From Marsupella aquatica (lineage: Eukaryota; Plantae; Marchantiophyta): 64,000 nt of DNA. A model generated the notes under the pieces. It worked only from the letters and a program-made list of their open reading frames with translations, was not told the DNA's origin and did not search any database. Shown piece by piece: positions 32,734 to 45,435 of the stretch. Position 1 is the stretch's first letter. Every line of letters begins with the position of its first letter. Location of the stretch: contig OZ316899.1 of the NCBI GenBank assembly GCA_973895155.1, positions 457,573-521,572 on the forward strand. The letters run 5' to 3'. The position numbers and the translations under genes are program-made.

Positions 32734-35700
32734 TGTGGGATGGCTCAGTGTCAGCTAGTGTAGAGAAACATGACATTCTTTCGTTTAGAAGAGGAAATAG
32801 TTAGGGAAAAAGTTTTAGTGCTATCAGAGTAGCTAGGTTTAGGGCACTTAAGTAAGAAGGGAAGCTTAGTAGAGGTAAGAGGGAATTTTAGTTATGCAAA
32901 GTTATCTAGGGGTAAGCAAGTTACTATAGGAGGGGCAGGAAACTAGTTCCGTCCTTAGTTATAATAGGCGACTAAGTCGGGACCGAAAAATGACCCGACA
33001 CCGGACATCTTATTTTTGGCTGATATTTCTCCCATGGGTGCTGGGAGGTCCCTAGGGAACCCTGAAAAAGTATGAAGTCAAGTGGGGTCTTAACCTAGGA
33101 GTTATAAGTATTTTGGCAAAAATCAAAGTTACCAAATAGCGGGTCCCGGGAAAAATAGCTGATGGGTAAATGTAGGGGTTCCAAGTTTGGAAGTGGGTTA
33201 AGTATGGTCCCCTCTATCCCTAGAAACTTGTGGGACAACTTTGTCACACTTGGTTACTTTTTGGGAGCATCTCAAAGTTGAGAAGAATTTTGGAAGACAT
33301 AAAGACTTGACCCTCTTTGCCTAATTTTAGAAAAGTTGTTATAGGGTTTTGTTTATATCTTAGTAAACCCGGACATAGTCCTATGTCCATAGAATCAGTG
33401 GAGCTACTCAGAAGTCCTTTTGGACTTATGTGTGAGTTTTGGAGGGGGGTCCAAAATCGCCCCAAAATGCTGTTTTTCCAAAAAAAAATGTATTTTTTTC
33501 TAAGTGTAAACCGCGTGGGCGACGATCACGCGGCGAGCACGAGGCAAGGAGGAGCGAGCACGAGGCAAGGAGGAGCAAGCACGAGGCTGGTGAGGACGTC
33601 AAGCACCGGGAGGCTGTCCAAAGGTGCTGCATGATTACTTGAGGAATCAATTGAGCACAAGGGCGGCTGAATTGAAGGAAGGGCGGCTGAATTGAAATGG
33701 CTGCTGCTGATTGAAGAAGCAAGGGCTGCTGCTGATTGAAGAAGCAAGGGCTGTTGCTGATTGAAGAAGCTATGGCTGCTGAGAAGGAAAAGAGCTATGG
33801 CTGCAAATTAGGATCGCTGCTGGCTTTGAATTGGGAAGGCTGCTTGCTGCTATGACAGCTGCACACTAGATTAGAGGTGCTCCTACTAATCAGGCACGAG
33901 ATGCTCATGAGAATTGGCTGGCTGCTGCCTTGATGCTGCTGAATTGAATGATGCTGCTGCTAGCTGCGAAATTGCAAAGGTGGGCAGCTACGAAATTGAG
34001 AAGAGAGACCTGCTTGACTGAGAAGGAATCAAGCTATGGTTGCTGCTGCTGTGCTTCAAATCTGCTGTTGTTGTGCTGTAAATGCGCTGATGTGACTGTG
34101 CTGCTAGCTGCGAAATTGACTGTGTTGCTAGCGGCAAAATTGAAGAGGTGAGCTAGCTGCGAAATTGACTAGGCTGGCTGTGAGCTATGGTGGCTGTGAA
34201 ATTGAGGGGCTGGCGGCTGATCAGCTGGACTGCTGCACAAGAAAGAATCCAATAGAGAATGCTGTGGTTTTAGATTGAATTCACGAGAGAGAAATGGCTG
34301 CAAACATTGCTGTCCTTACAATTTCTTCATAAGAAACATGAGTATAATGAGAGTGCTCTCCCCTCATGACACGTGGAATCCCCATAAGGGGCATGTAAGG
34401 TAAGTGTAATCGGGCCGCCGCTTACACCCGCTTTACACCAAAAACAGGCCTTGGGAGAATGGGCATAACTTTGGCTAGAGGTATCCGTTGGGGCCCAAAT
34501 TTTTTTGTGCTGAGTTAGGGGAAGATAAGGCACCCCCTGGTGAAGGTGGAACCCCAGAAAAGTAATCACTCAAATATATTTTTAACCGAGGCCACGAGGG
34601 AGTCCCGACAACTTGCAAACCAAAGTCGGCATAGGGGAATGAATACCAGATTTAGGGGCTGACCTTTCTTGCACCCATACCACTTGAGTTAGGCTCTAGA
34701 GAAGGGTACTTACCTTTGGCCAAAGGTGTAAGGCCATCAAGTTAAGAAAAGTAAATATAGGGGGTAGTTTACTTAGGGTAGTAAAGGGGTTACAAGTAAA
34801 ATAAGGCCAACTTTGACTAGGCACAACTTGAGACTCACTCACTCTTTTTGCGAGCTTTCAAGTGGGTTGGTAAGCTGGTGAGGAGGACCATAAGTGGGAG
34901 TAGGTTTGGAAGTCAAAGCATACCACTCATGTGTGGCATATTCCAGGGCTTGGAAGGAGGCAAAATAGCAAGTAGTAGGGTGGGCTATGAACTATAGAGT
35001 TGGACTTTGTGTGTTAGGAGGACTTGGGGGAGGTATAGTTGGACCCCAGGTCAAGCTTGGTGTGATGTGGAAGGAGATAGTATATAAGGAGGAAGTTTTC
35101 ATTTGTTAGGGACCGGGAGTCTCATCTCTTAAGTGAAATCTCTACCTTGCCAAGGTAGGGCTAAGCTTGAGAAAGGAGAGGTGGTCCATGCTTAGTGTGG
35201 AGAATGTGTAGTGAACTTTTGTTGTAAAGGTGATGCAATAAAAGGAGACTTACCAATCTTCATTGTGACCATTAAGTGTGAGTGCATTTGAAGTATATGA
35301 GAGCAAGAGAAGAGTCCATGCTATGGTATAATCTTGGTCTAAGCTTGAAGGGGATGTGCTAGTACAAAACCAAGGCCAAGGAGGCAAGGTTAAGGTATAG
35401 CATTACTTTGAGACTTAGAGAGGATTATAGCTTGAGGGTGGAAAGTACTTTGCTTGGTGTGTGGTGTTAACAAGAAGTAAGAACAAGAGGAAGAGTCCTT
35501 AGATAGAGGAGCCTTCTCTAGGGCTCAAAGGGGATGTGTGGACCCAAACCAAGGCCAGGGGGGCAAGGTTGAGGGGTAACACTACTTTGAGGGTCTTGAG
35601 GAGACTTAAGCTTGAAGAGGAAAGTACTTTGGGTTCTTGGGTGTTTGTGTGAGAATCTACTCTAAGGTGACAGCTTGGAGCGGAGATCCCCCTTGCTGAT

Positions 35701-35923
35701 CCTTGGAGTAGAGGAGAGGGGAAGGGGTGAGTACAAAAGTAGTCAAGGGGACTACCTCTCTAGAAGTGGAGAGTTGAAACTACTTATGTATGGAGTGATT
35801 GGACATTGTAAGCACACTTCAGAAGTTTTGTCAATCCTTTGTGACCCTGGTATGACATGGAGCAGGTATTAGGTAGTCTTTTGGGGAGAAAAGCCGCTTA
35901 AGCTCCTTGGCAAGTGTTTGACA
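32734..35923 (+). repeat. 3' LTR of H
   Basis: Direct copy of 23381-26570. Confidence 0.97.
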
Positions 35924-36799
35924 AGTGATGTTAGGATAGGAGTCTCACTTGTTTGAGCAGGACCGAACTGACAGTCGATGGAGGCTTGAACCCGGGCGGG
36001 GATATGGTCGTAATGGTGTGGCTGCAAGTCTATTGTGCCCGGGAGATGGTAAATCTTGTCCGGAAGCCAAAGAAGGGCCTCCCGAAATCCGACATACTTC
36101 TTGTCGACAAAGAAGTATTTGCTGATTTTGTTGACTCGGCAAAGCTCACTCTGAAAAGGGAGGGCAAAGTCGTGGTTATAGTGATTTTGGCTGGCTAAAC
36201 AAATGGCTCTCTCGTAAGCTCGTTCGGTCTTGTATCGGCGCGGGTTGACTTCGGCTAAGGACTTGGCTAAGTGACTTCCTACGGATAGGAATTGCAGCCA
36301 AAATCAAAGGGCCAAACTGGACAATATCGTGACAGACATCTAGGAGTGACGGTGGGCGACTAGGGAGGGACAAAGTGGCTGAGGTCAAAGCTGGCGTGCG
36401 GAATGGAGTTTAGGGTTTTGCGAGAGAATGGCCCTCCTTTTATACTCTGAGGCTCATTGTCCGACCGGCCCCTCCTCTCTTCCCATAGGCCGAGCTTTTC
36501 ACGCTCTCACTGTACTGGCCACTTGCAGGTCCGGTTCAGAGCGTGTCAGCGGCCGCCTTGGAGAATTTTGTTATACAGACCCGAAGTGTCCCCTTACACG
36601 CTCGTAACCCGGGAGTACGAATGGCGCTCCGCCGCCATCCCGAATGTAAATGCCCCTTATTAACTAATGATTCCCTAGTCATAAGTACTACCTACTTAGT
36701 GTCGTTATGCTAATAACTACGGCCTATGGTGCCCCTAACGAGCGTGCTAAGCAGGGCTAGGCTGAATCAATCATTAACCGCCGTGCTGGCGGCGTCACA

Positions 36800-38098
36800 A
36801 GAGCACTAAGGGATTTATAGCCAGAGTTGAGCTTGCAGGGCAAGCGTGAGGCCGGGCCTCACTACAGTCTGGGGTAGATTGTCGTTAGGCCTAGTACCAG
36901 CTTTGAAGTCGAGTCAACTGTGCATGCATAACTTGCCATTCTGAAATGGAGGTGTGAGATTTGTATGTGCCCCCAAGAATGAAGTGCAGTGAAGGAGGTT
37001 GAGTTCAGGATTGAGTTTGCAAGGCAAGTACGGGATTGGTTTGAGTCCAATCTGCCGTCGCAATCTGGAGTGAGTCGGGCTCAGGTTCAGGATTGAGCTT
37101 GCATGGCAAGCACGTCGTGAGGTATTTACAAATGACAGCAAACAGCAAACGGTAACAGCAAACATAAACTGGTAACAGGAAATAGAAACTGTTAACAGGA
37201 AAAAGGGTGGTAATTTTTTTCTGAATTTTTATTTTTTTTAGCCAGCGCCCGGCGCTGGAAATGCTAGCGCCCAAAGCTAGCCAAAAAATGTTTATTATTA
37301 TTTTTTTTGGAAAATGTGACTTTTTTGAAAATATTTTTGATTGTCATTTTTCCTGGTAACAGTAACTTTTTGCTGGTAATAGGAAAATTTTTACTGGTAC
37401 CAGGAAACCTGTTTCCTGTTTTCTGTCACGGGTGCCATACCCCACGTCGCAATCTAGAGTAGACAACCTTTGGGCCTATTGTTTAGATCAAGTGTTCTCA
37501 GTGAACTATTGTGCACATCTTTGAATGTAATTGGGTTTTTCTCTCAGGCCTCATTTCTCATATGGATGTGTGTGTGTGTGAGGAAATCTGAGTGTATGAT
37601 GGGACTAGCAGTGCCACTGAGAGGTGTACCAGGTGCATTGAAGTGGGTTGGGTGAGGGCTATCACAGCACTGATTGCTGAGAGTGGAATGGCAGAGTGGT
37701 GGGGCAATGGCTTAGAAGTCCCTAAGCCGAGAATCAGTCAGGAGTCACTAGTTTATGGGTACATTCTGGCGGCGGAATAGAAATATATCTATGATAGTAA
37801 GCGTACGTATAGACATATGTGCACCGTAGCGCTAGGCCCTGTGTGTACGGGCCCGATATGAAGACCACTTCTCACCAGAACTATCATGAGCATAGGATCT
37901 GATTCCCAACCTTGGTTCCTAGGGATTGAGCTTGGGTGATGTGTGACAGAGTCTTGCTATGATAGTCTAGTGTTAAGGGCATAAACTAGTGTTTACCAAC
38001 CTTCACAGCATCCCTTCGTGATCCTCAGGTACAAGGAGATGGTTTTGGCACCCAATAGTGATATTTTTGGTGTTAAGACCCATGTCAATCGCGTGACA
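36800..38098 (+). repeat. Family B LTR, 3' part only (copy B3)
   Basis: Colinear with 61929-62913; ends GCGTGACA; 5' half is missing behind G1. Confidence 0.85.
37118..37442. mobile_element. MITE-like insertion (325 bp) with 7-bp TSD
   Basis: CACGTCG at 37111-37117 and 37443-37449; imperfect TIRs (GGTAT..TGACAG.AAACAG.AAAC); absent from B2. Confidence 0.7.
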
Positions 38099-38411
38099 AG
38101 AACCATGACTATAATCGACAAATTGAGACTTGTGAAAGTTAACTCATTACATCCCTAAAACTCAAGCACAAGCATACAAGTCTTACATGAAAACAACAGG
38201 GACAAGATAATTCTATTCGAATCTTAGAACTCATATTAACTATTGAACACACATGCATAATTTCATACAAACAAAATTGTCACAACATGATCAATGAATG
38301 ATCCAGGGAATCTCAATTGAGTTATGCATTATGAAATGTCTTGGTAACATTGGCACCAATCATGCATCTGTTTTTAGCTATCAGAAACTACATGTTTTTA
38401 AGTATCAGAAA

Positions 38412-38700
38412 CTACAAACCACACATTTCAGGTGTCCCTATGTAATCTGTTGGCCACAACACCAAAGAGTTCAAAGCATCTACAATAGTTGTCTGTGGCG
38501 GGTCATCATTCAAATTAGGAATTGGTAAAGGGGTCTTTGGCTTCACAGGCTTTGTCAACAACACCACAGAATACCCTATTGGCACTTCTTTGCACAAGAA
38601 TGTAATTTTCTCAAGGCGCAATTTTCCAAACCCTACACACAACTCATCTTGTTGTGGTGAGAACAATACATACTCAAGTTGTGCCTGAGTTTCAATTCTT
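38412..38700 (-). pseudogene. C-terminal remnant resembling CACTA/En-Spm-type accessory protein (Tnp1-like)
   Basis: PLPIPNLNDDPPQTTIVDALNSLVLWP resembles the LP.P...T+.DA+G..+.WP motif as I recall it; not database-checked. Confidence 0.5.
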
Positions 38701-38716
38701 TACACTACTTTGCCGC

Positions 38717-39400
38717 TGAGTCATGGAACTCGACTACCTTAATACTTAGTTCCAGCGTCGCTAACTCCAACGCCAAGCTCCCTTATGGTCCAGGCCTGGA
38801 TAGGCCATCCGGGGAGGACTTAGCATGGGGAGACTTGTGGGCAATGAGACGTGGCACTAGCAAAGGCAAGGAGTCAAGCTGGTGACACACACTAAGGACT
38901 TAGGCGAGCTGAGAGCTGGTCGGGTCAAGGGGAAAGGGGCCGGACTCAAGGTCAACCATCCGGGCCCCCGAACGGACTTTGAGTTTTGAGGGCTTGAGTG
39001 TGAGCTCCTCTTGGGCCCCAAGGCCAATGGAGTTGACGCCATGGGCAACGGACGCTTGGGGCGTGAGTTATGGCCCAATCTGGGTTTGGCCGATCGGGGA
39101 CCCCGAGCGGCAATGAGACCTGAGGGCCTAGGCATGAGCACTGGGTTGGCCGAATCACAACGGGCTAAGGCACTCCGCTTGCGGTCGCCTAACAAGAAAG
39201 TTATGGGCGTTGCCAGTTGGTGGCACGCCCACTATGCGCGATAGGATCCGGGTTGGAGGCCAAATGTTTAGGGACCAAAGTTGGACTGGGGGTGGCAAGT
39301 CTCCAGAAGCATATATGAGGGGAGTGGTGTCTCCTTGGGGGCCAAGGGCGAGCCAAAGTCGTGAGCCGCGACGGTTGCAACACTAAGGGAAAGCGCCAAA
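38717..39400 (+). repeat. Family D LTR, 5' part, truncated
   Basis: TGAGTCATGGAACTCG start; reverse complement of ~46240-46923. Confidence 0.85.
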
Positions 39401-40796
39401 TGGAATCTTCCCAATCTTGAGTTTGAGAGAAAGGAATGGCCTACATTGGACATCTGGTGCTGGATATTTATGCTCTGGCCAATCCTCCACAAAGAAGAAG
39501 ACACCGCCTGGGATGATGATAGTGTTGAAGAGATACTAACATGGCACATCCTTAACAAAGAAGAAACTTTTCCAAGACTCAAGTGTTCACGAGGTCCCTT
39601 CACATTTTAGGATGGGGTTATGTGGAATGGCAAAAACGAGCATTGGAGTGAAAATGGTACATTTTAAAACTTTTTGGCTTTACTTAAAGCTTCTCCAAGT
39701 CAACAAACCACCCCTTAATTCATTTTAAGCCCTAAAGGAATGTTTTGGAGAAAGTTGAGAAGATTGAATTTTTGACGGAACAATCGCTTTGGGAGCTCTC
39801 TGAAAGAAATCGCTCAGAACCGAAGCAAAAGAATGGCTTTGCAGAAAAACTGGCTGAAGAATCGCTTTGGAAGTTGGAAAATCGGTTTGGACTTTTGGCA
39901 TGAACTTTGACGGACGATTGCGGATCGGCCCAATGTTGGTTTGAGAAGATTTTTAGTGCGTTGGAAAGGTATTTCCAAGAGCTACAATGAGAATTTTAGT
40001 TTGGAGCCAAAGCATAAACTTCAAAATATACCAAACCGATTATGCGGGATATTTTGGTATATATTACTTAAATTGTTTTTAACTCACCTTTGCACCTCTT
40101 GAGCTTTCCCATTAGTTTATTAGAATAGGATATAGAGGGACATAGTTTAGTACACCCTTAGGAATTAGATTTAGAGAGTCTTAGTTTCATCTCACCTTGT
40201 AGGACTTAAATTTTAGATAAGAAAGGTTTGTAGACTTTTAAACCTTTTGGCATCTCAAGCCTTTTGAGGGAGCCTACAATTGGACTCTGAAGACCATTTT
40301 TCATTGTCTTTTCCTTTGAATATTAATCTCTGACCATTTTGGGTCTTTCTCTCATGCCAATCTTGGGCTTAGGAGAGAAGATTAAACTAGAAGGGATTGT
40401 ACCACACTTATGCATTGAAATCATATCATTTATCTCAGTTTCATAAATGAATGTCATAAGAAACATGGATTTGTAAGATAACACTTTGATATCTAGGGAA
40501 AGGAGATTGTAGTGAGTCATTGGACGTAAAGCCGATCTCTATTTGAGTATATGGAAGTCTATGATGAGTGAAAATCAGATTACCTAGAGATAAGAAGTTA
40601 GACTCTGTGAATTTATTGATCTAAGAGTTTATTGGAAAATTGTTTTAGGATTCTGGAGGAAGAATCAGTAAAGAAATTGTTGTAGGATTTTGAACACCAC
40701 AAAACTGGAGTAAAACGCTTTACTTATTCCTTACAGGACTGAATCTTGGTTATTTTGAGCAAGATCACACACAATTGGTGTGTTCTACTTACCACA
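39401..40796 (+). mobile_element. 3' end of Gypsy element E: pol C-terminal tail, PPT, 1,176-bp LTR (39621-40796)
   Basis: Open tail ...EEDTAWD...FPRLK...F*, purine tract AGGATGGGG, then TGTGGAA...TTACCACA abutting the D integrase. Confidence 0.65.
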
Positions 40797-43400
40797 TATC
40801 CGCAGAAGGAACCCTGTGGCCAACACAAATGGCGCAAACCCCATCACCGAATGTTTGGTTGGGTTATACCTAAACTCGGCCATTGTTAAGTGCTTTGCCC
40901 AATTCTTTTGATTGGCCGTCACAAAGTGACGCAAGTAGTCCTCCACAATACCATTCACCCATTCCGTTTGGCCATCTGTCTCGTGATGATACGCTGATCC
41001 CCCAGTCAGGTCCGTTCCGGATAACCGGAACAATGCCTTAAAAAATGGCCAATGAACTTGGTATTGCGGTTGGACAGGATATGCAACGGCAATCCCCATT
41101 GTAGAAAGACATTGTCAAACACTAGACTGGCAACCTCTCGGGCCGAAACCATTTTCATAGTCGGTAAGAAATATGCCATCTTGGAAAAATGATCCACGAT
41201 TGTTAAGTTGGAGTTATTGTCGTGGGACTCAGGTAACCCAACAATGAAGTCCATGGAGATAGACTCCCATGGAGCCGCAACTACTGGTAAGGGTTGCAGA
41301 AGTCCTCCTTTTGCCCTATAGACTGTTTGGTTCTTTTGGCACAAGTAACAACTTTGCACGTGGTGAAGGACCGATTGCTTCATGTTTTGGCCAATACACA
41401 TCTCGCAACATGCTGCGGCACGTAGAAGCTTGTCTGCCTTGCCCTCCCCAGGGCGAGTCGTGGTATTTTTGCAGAACCTCTAATCTTATGGGCTCTGGGA
41501 TGTACACACGCCTCTGCTTGTATTGCCATACTTGGACATTATGCGTAGTATCCAACCCCAACAAAACGTACCTTACCTTGCCTTGGCTACCCCCATTTCT
41601 TTGCCATTCCTTAGCTAACCTGTCATCCCCATACACCTTAGCCAAAACCTTTGGTCACTCGGATTTGAGCATCGTGATCCCATCGACACGATGGTGGTCC
41701 TTACGCAATAACGCGTCAGCTACTGTGTTTGTCTTCCTTGGAATGTGACGGACTTTGAAATCAAAATTTGCCAAGAACATCTGCCAGCGCATTTCCTTGG
41801 GGTTCAGCCTTGGCTTAGAACTAAAGTACCCAGCCAACGAGCTATCTATGTGTATTACCACTTTGAGACCGTTCTTAAGGTAAATCTCCCACTTCTTCAA
41901 TGCATAGATCATAGCATACATTTCCCTTTCCGGTATGATCCAATGATTTTCCAACTTGCATGACTTGAAGGCCACAAGATGCCCATCTTGGTGAAGATAG
42001 GCGCCAATGGCATAATCACTTGCATCAGTCCAAGTCTCAAACAGCTTTCCCATCTCAGGTAACTTTAGAATCGACGGTGTTATCATTAGCCGCTTAAGTT
42101 CTAGGAATGCTAACTTGCAATCCTGTGTCCACAAAAACACTTTGTTTTTCAACATTAGCATGTTTAGGGGCCTCTTGATCCTCGCATAGTCTTTCATGTA
42201 TCTCCGATAGAACCCCATAAATCCTAAGAAGGCTCTAACCTGCCTTACATTGGACGGGCGCTCCCATTCTTTGATCTCCTTAAGCTTGTCCTGACCAAGC
42301 GTAATCCCCTTTGGGGTAAAGGTATGGCCGAGGAACTGAATCTTGTTCATCGCAAACTTGCACTTGCTAGGTTTAGCAAAGAGACGAGCCTTACAAAGGC
42401 AAGAGAACATTTCTCTAAGCAACTGCTCATGCTCCTCCAATGTTTTCGAGTATATTAGGATATTGTCAATAAAGACAACCACTCCTTGGTCCAACAAGTC
42501 ATGAAAGATGGTATTCATCATCTTCATGAACGTTGCGGTTGCATTACACAACCCGAATGGCATAACCAAAAATTTGTAGGATCTAAACCTTGTGCACATC
42601 GCGGTCTTATACTCGTCTCCCTTAGCCATGCGGATCTGGTAATACCCAGACCGCAAGTCCACCTTAGAAAACTTCTTAGCCCCGGAGAGGCAATTGAAGA
42701 GGTCATCCATATGAGGTAACGGGTACTTGTTCTTTACCCTTTTGCTTATTGAGGGCCCGATAGTCTACGCACAATCTCAAAGTACCATCCTTCTTGGACA
42801 CAAATAGCGCGGGCTCCCCATAAGGACTCTTACTAGGACAAATGAATCCTTGGTTGATCAACTCATTCAAGGTGTTCTTCAACATCATTCGTTCATTCAA
42901 GTTCAGACAATAAGGAGCTTTAGCCTGAGGAGCAGAACCTGGCTCCAACTCAACTTGGTGATCCACTTCTCTTCACGGGGGTAAACCTTTAGGTAGCTTC
43001 TGCGAGAGCACGTCATTGAATTCCTCTAAATTTTCAGGAATTCGACCGCAGTCGGGCCCAACCTTAGCTGAATTAACCTTTGGTTGCGACGTAGCCTCCT
43101 TAACTGGGTGGAGATGGAAGAAGAAACATTCATGTCCACCCTTGAAGTCTTTCCACCATTGCTTCGCCGATACACACGGAGACAACCACAACTCTTTAGT
43201 TACTTTGAGAAATCTTTCTTTATTTTTGGTAATTTCATGTACAACGATGGGCTCACCGCCCTTATTGGGAAAATGGAGCACCTTATCCCCCGGTTTCAAG
43301 GTAACATTGTGGTTTCAGAGATAACCTACCGACAAAATGAAGTCTACGGCTAGACCGTCTAGAATATAGAACATCTCCTGACTAACAAAATTTTGTTGTT
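40797..43400 (-). pseudogene. pol: pol of D (RT, RNase H, integrase; several frameshifts)
   Basis: ORF fragments 42703-42966, 41655-42710, 41316-41645, 41006-41401 and 40785-41099 join into a Ty3 pol. Confidence 0.9.
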
Positions 43401-43416
43401 TGCCTATGACCTCTAC

Positions 43417-44580
43417 TCAAAGTCTATGTACCACTCTCAACACTATCCCTTTTGTGTCGTTGGCAAACTTGCACACTACCGGTTGTAGCAACTCTTGCAC
43501 GTCCACCCCAAGACGTGCCGCCGCCTGCTTACTTATGAAGCAGGCGGTCGCGCCTGTATCCACCAAAGCAACACCCAGATTACCGTTAGAAGTGACATTC
43601 ACAAAAATCAGCTTTTCAAGATCCATTGTCTTAACTTTAGGTATCTTCTCTCGCAACGACATCTTCTCTCTGGCAGGACCCTCCCCTATAGGGACCTTGT
43701 CAGCTACTAAGGGTTTGGTTAGAGCGATACTTACCTTAATGCCGTTCTGCCCTCCATCTCCGCTCGGCTTGCCTCCCTTCGAGGGGCAGTCCTTACTTTG
43801 ATGGCCCATGGCGCCACACATGTAGCACAAACCTTTAGCCCGCCTCTGCTCCGTGAGTGCCTGCTTCTTTGCTTTCTGTGCTGATGAGGTTCCTTTCTTG
43901 AAGTTGTCAATCTTCTGGTTTTGCTTGGCTTCTCCATTCTGGGGCTGGGGATCCGAATCGGCGGCCCCCGCCCCATCAAGTTGCTTACGCTTATTCCCGC
44001 AACTTCTTGCTTTCCCAGCTTCCCCCTCAGTTCCCTTGCCACCCACCTTCGCCAAGTCCGACCGGTTATTCACCAACGTAGTGGCCTTGTCGAAGGCCTC
44101 AAAAAGCGTTTTGAATTCTTGACGCTTTTCCTCTAACTTTTCCTTGAGCAACGGTAGGAGCTTCACTATAAAGTTGTGAAGCTGCGTATGTAGGGTCTCC
44201 TGTCCCTCCGGGATACATGCTAATTGGTTTTGGTAATAAGTGATGAACTTTTGGATATCACCCCTAAAGCTTATCTCCGTTACACATTTTTGAGCGTGTC
44301 GCTCCGGGTACTTAGTGGTGACATGAGCACGGAGACTTTCAACCAGGTTTTCTCAAGTTAACGGCAAGGAGGAGTCCTCTCGCAACTTCTTCCATGACTT
44401 GTACCAAGTCAAAGCATAGTCCTTCAGGTAAGGAGCGGTTGCGATAGCCCAAGTGGAACACTCAATGCACGCTTGGAGATGAATCTCCATCGTTGAGAGC
44501 CAACTTAGGAACTTTTGTCCACTTTACTCATAGGCCCCGTTGTAAGTTGGAGGAGTCGATAGCTGGTTCACTTGGAACAT
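43417..44580 (-). pseudogene. gag: gag-protease of D
   Basis: PPTYNG...FLSWL...YALTWY; zinc knuckle; DTGAT; internal stops. Confidence 0.85.
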
Positions 44581-45419
44581 ACTTCGTCCAACTACCATTC
44601 CCCCCTCAAGACGCATCGCACTCTAACTACCCAGACTAAGCAAGTACTTAATCTGGGCCCCCTTGTTGTGTTCTAACTGCTCATAGATGAGTCGTTGGTC
44701 TTGAGTCAACGGACCCAAATCATCGTCAGCGGCTGGGCCCTTGCGGGTTGTATGAGGACAGTCCTCCAACCGTCTTTCCTTTGCAGGCCGCCTGTCCTTA
44801 GGTTCCTTTGTGGATTTTGGTGAAATCCCCCGCGTCTTGCGGGCAACATGACCTCCCGGGGCTAAGGCATCACCCGCATCGCCCTGGTTTTGCTTGGTAA
44901 AATTATCCATAATGACGTATGGCTTGACATCATCCTCTAGTTTTGCATCCAACCCTCTTAAGGCTGTGATCAGTTCCTCCTCCGGGTCCTGACCCTCTTC
45001 CTCTAATTAAGCTTTTGTATCATCATCGCTTCCTTCCGCGTTAGAGCCGTTGTCATCTGACCTGTCCTCTAAAGGATCGGCCACCTCCTTCCCTTTAAGT
45101 CGACGGCGCTCTACACTTGACGTGTTTGCTGCGGCGGTCAACGGTTTGGCTGCCACGTCTTTGTCATCCTGCTTGTAACGTTTGTCTAGGGAAGTTGACC
45201 TGTCCTTCTTCTGTTCATCTTGAACTTGGGCTCTCCCCTTGGCGGGGGGAGCCTGTTTTGCCACTCTTTGATCGAGTGTTTTTACCATGTTCCCAGTGAC
45301 CAATTCTGTACGTAGTCGACCCACCGGGCACGTTGAAGCACTAAGTCCGCACAAAAATCCGTTAAGATTTTTGGATTCTGACCTAGCACAACCCCAGCTC
45401 GATGTCTATGCCAACAATC

Positions 45420-45431
45420 GCTCTGATACCA
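45420..45431 (-). promoter_or_regulatory. PBS complementary to initiator tRNA-Met
   Basis: TGGTATCAGAGC on the minus strand, 4 nt from the LTR end. Confidence 0.9.
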
Positions 45432-45435
45432 CAAG

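Larger units (their letters stand above)
23381..35923 (+). mobile_element. Intact Ty3/Gypsy LTR retrotransposon H (non-chromovirus, Athila/Phygy-like), 12,543 bp
   Basis: Two 3,190-bp TG...CA LTRs at constant offset 9353, AGTGA TSD (23376-23380, 35924-35928), tRNA-Asp-type PBS, PPT, single gag-pol ORF. Confidence 0.97.
23089..36799 (-). mobile_element. Family G LTR 5' portion, copy G1 (23089-23380 plus 35924-36799), split by element H
   Basis: Starts TGTGACGCCGCC at 36799 (minus); TATAAAA at 36444-36438; ATG at 36339. The frame continues across the H insertion site. Confidence 0.7.

Noticed and set aside
36280-36339. Signal-peptide-like N-terminus of the G ORF
   Set aside because: It contains a stop, and its FWL..VG..L stretch roughly matches an internal WWL...LG..L segment of the A protein. 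No support for secretion.
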